This document shows positions 15,737-15,986 of a stretch of 15,986 bases of DNA, piece after piece. Positions within the stretch are counted from its first letter, which is position 1, and the number at the start of each line of letters is the position of its first letter. This DNA comes from an uncultured archaeon (GTDB lineage: Archaea > Thermoproteota > Bathyarchaeia > Bathyarchaeales > Bathycorpusculaceae). The notes under the pieces are model-generated. The model did not search any database. It had not been told where the DNA came from and saw only the letters and a program-made list of their open reading frames with translations. The DNA lies in the NCBI GenBank assembly GCA_963782915.1, contig CAWALK010000021.1, positions 1-15,986 on the forward strand, read 5' to 3'. A program made the translations under genes and the position numbers.

Positions 15737-15986
15737 GTATATGCCATGCCCTAAACTTAGCCTTTAGCTGTAATTTTAGTAACATGGTTTAGTTTGGCGT
15801 CTTTTATAAGTAACGCATGTTTACCCGTAAATGTTATCTGAATCGCTGCCCCTCGAACCTTGCCAGCGAATTATCGACAAAAGCTCGCTTGCAAAAATCT
15901 AAATCCTTTATATTCAAAATTTTTTTTAAGCAAGCACACAACTTACCGATAGGACATAAAAAACCAGACAGTGGTAAGAGAAAAAT

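Noticed and set aside
15737-15986. RNA gene or third repeat copy in the terminal intergenic region
   Set aside because: AT-rich with TATA-like and T8 tracts only; I saw no tRNA fold and none of the element's conserved blocks.

Overview
An archaeal-looking chromosomal window with short intergenic spacers, TATA-type promoters, an R15P isomerase and MvhD domains; Bathyarchaeia-like by gene content, which is inference only. It holds about 14 genes. These are a partial membrane protein, a short GH3-family adenylating enzyme divergent from ribose-1,5-bisphosphate isomerase, and a rubredoxin-fused TPP/pyruvate-oxidase-family enzyme divergent from thioredoxin reductase. They are followed by a tightly coupled three-gene redox operon (tandem [ferredoxin+MvhD]x2 protein, SudB/NfnA, SudA/NfnB), a GT-C glycosyltransferase, MFS, radical SAM/SPASM, a LamG surface protein, a NERD protein and a His-His membrane protein. 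Three genes are split by five single-base indels, most likely sequencing errors. Two observations stand out. (1) An unannotated ~165-nt non-coding element occurs twice in opposite orientation (2505-2671, 10616-10776), each copy between convergent genes, bounded by GTTGC...GCAAC and carrying a TATA box and hairpins. (2) The NfnAB-type pair has a degenerate NAD-binding loop in its small subunit and is coupled to a double MvhD/ferredoxin subunit.
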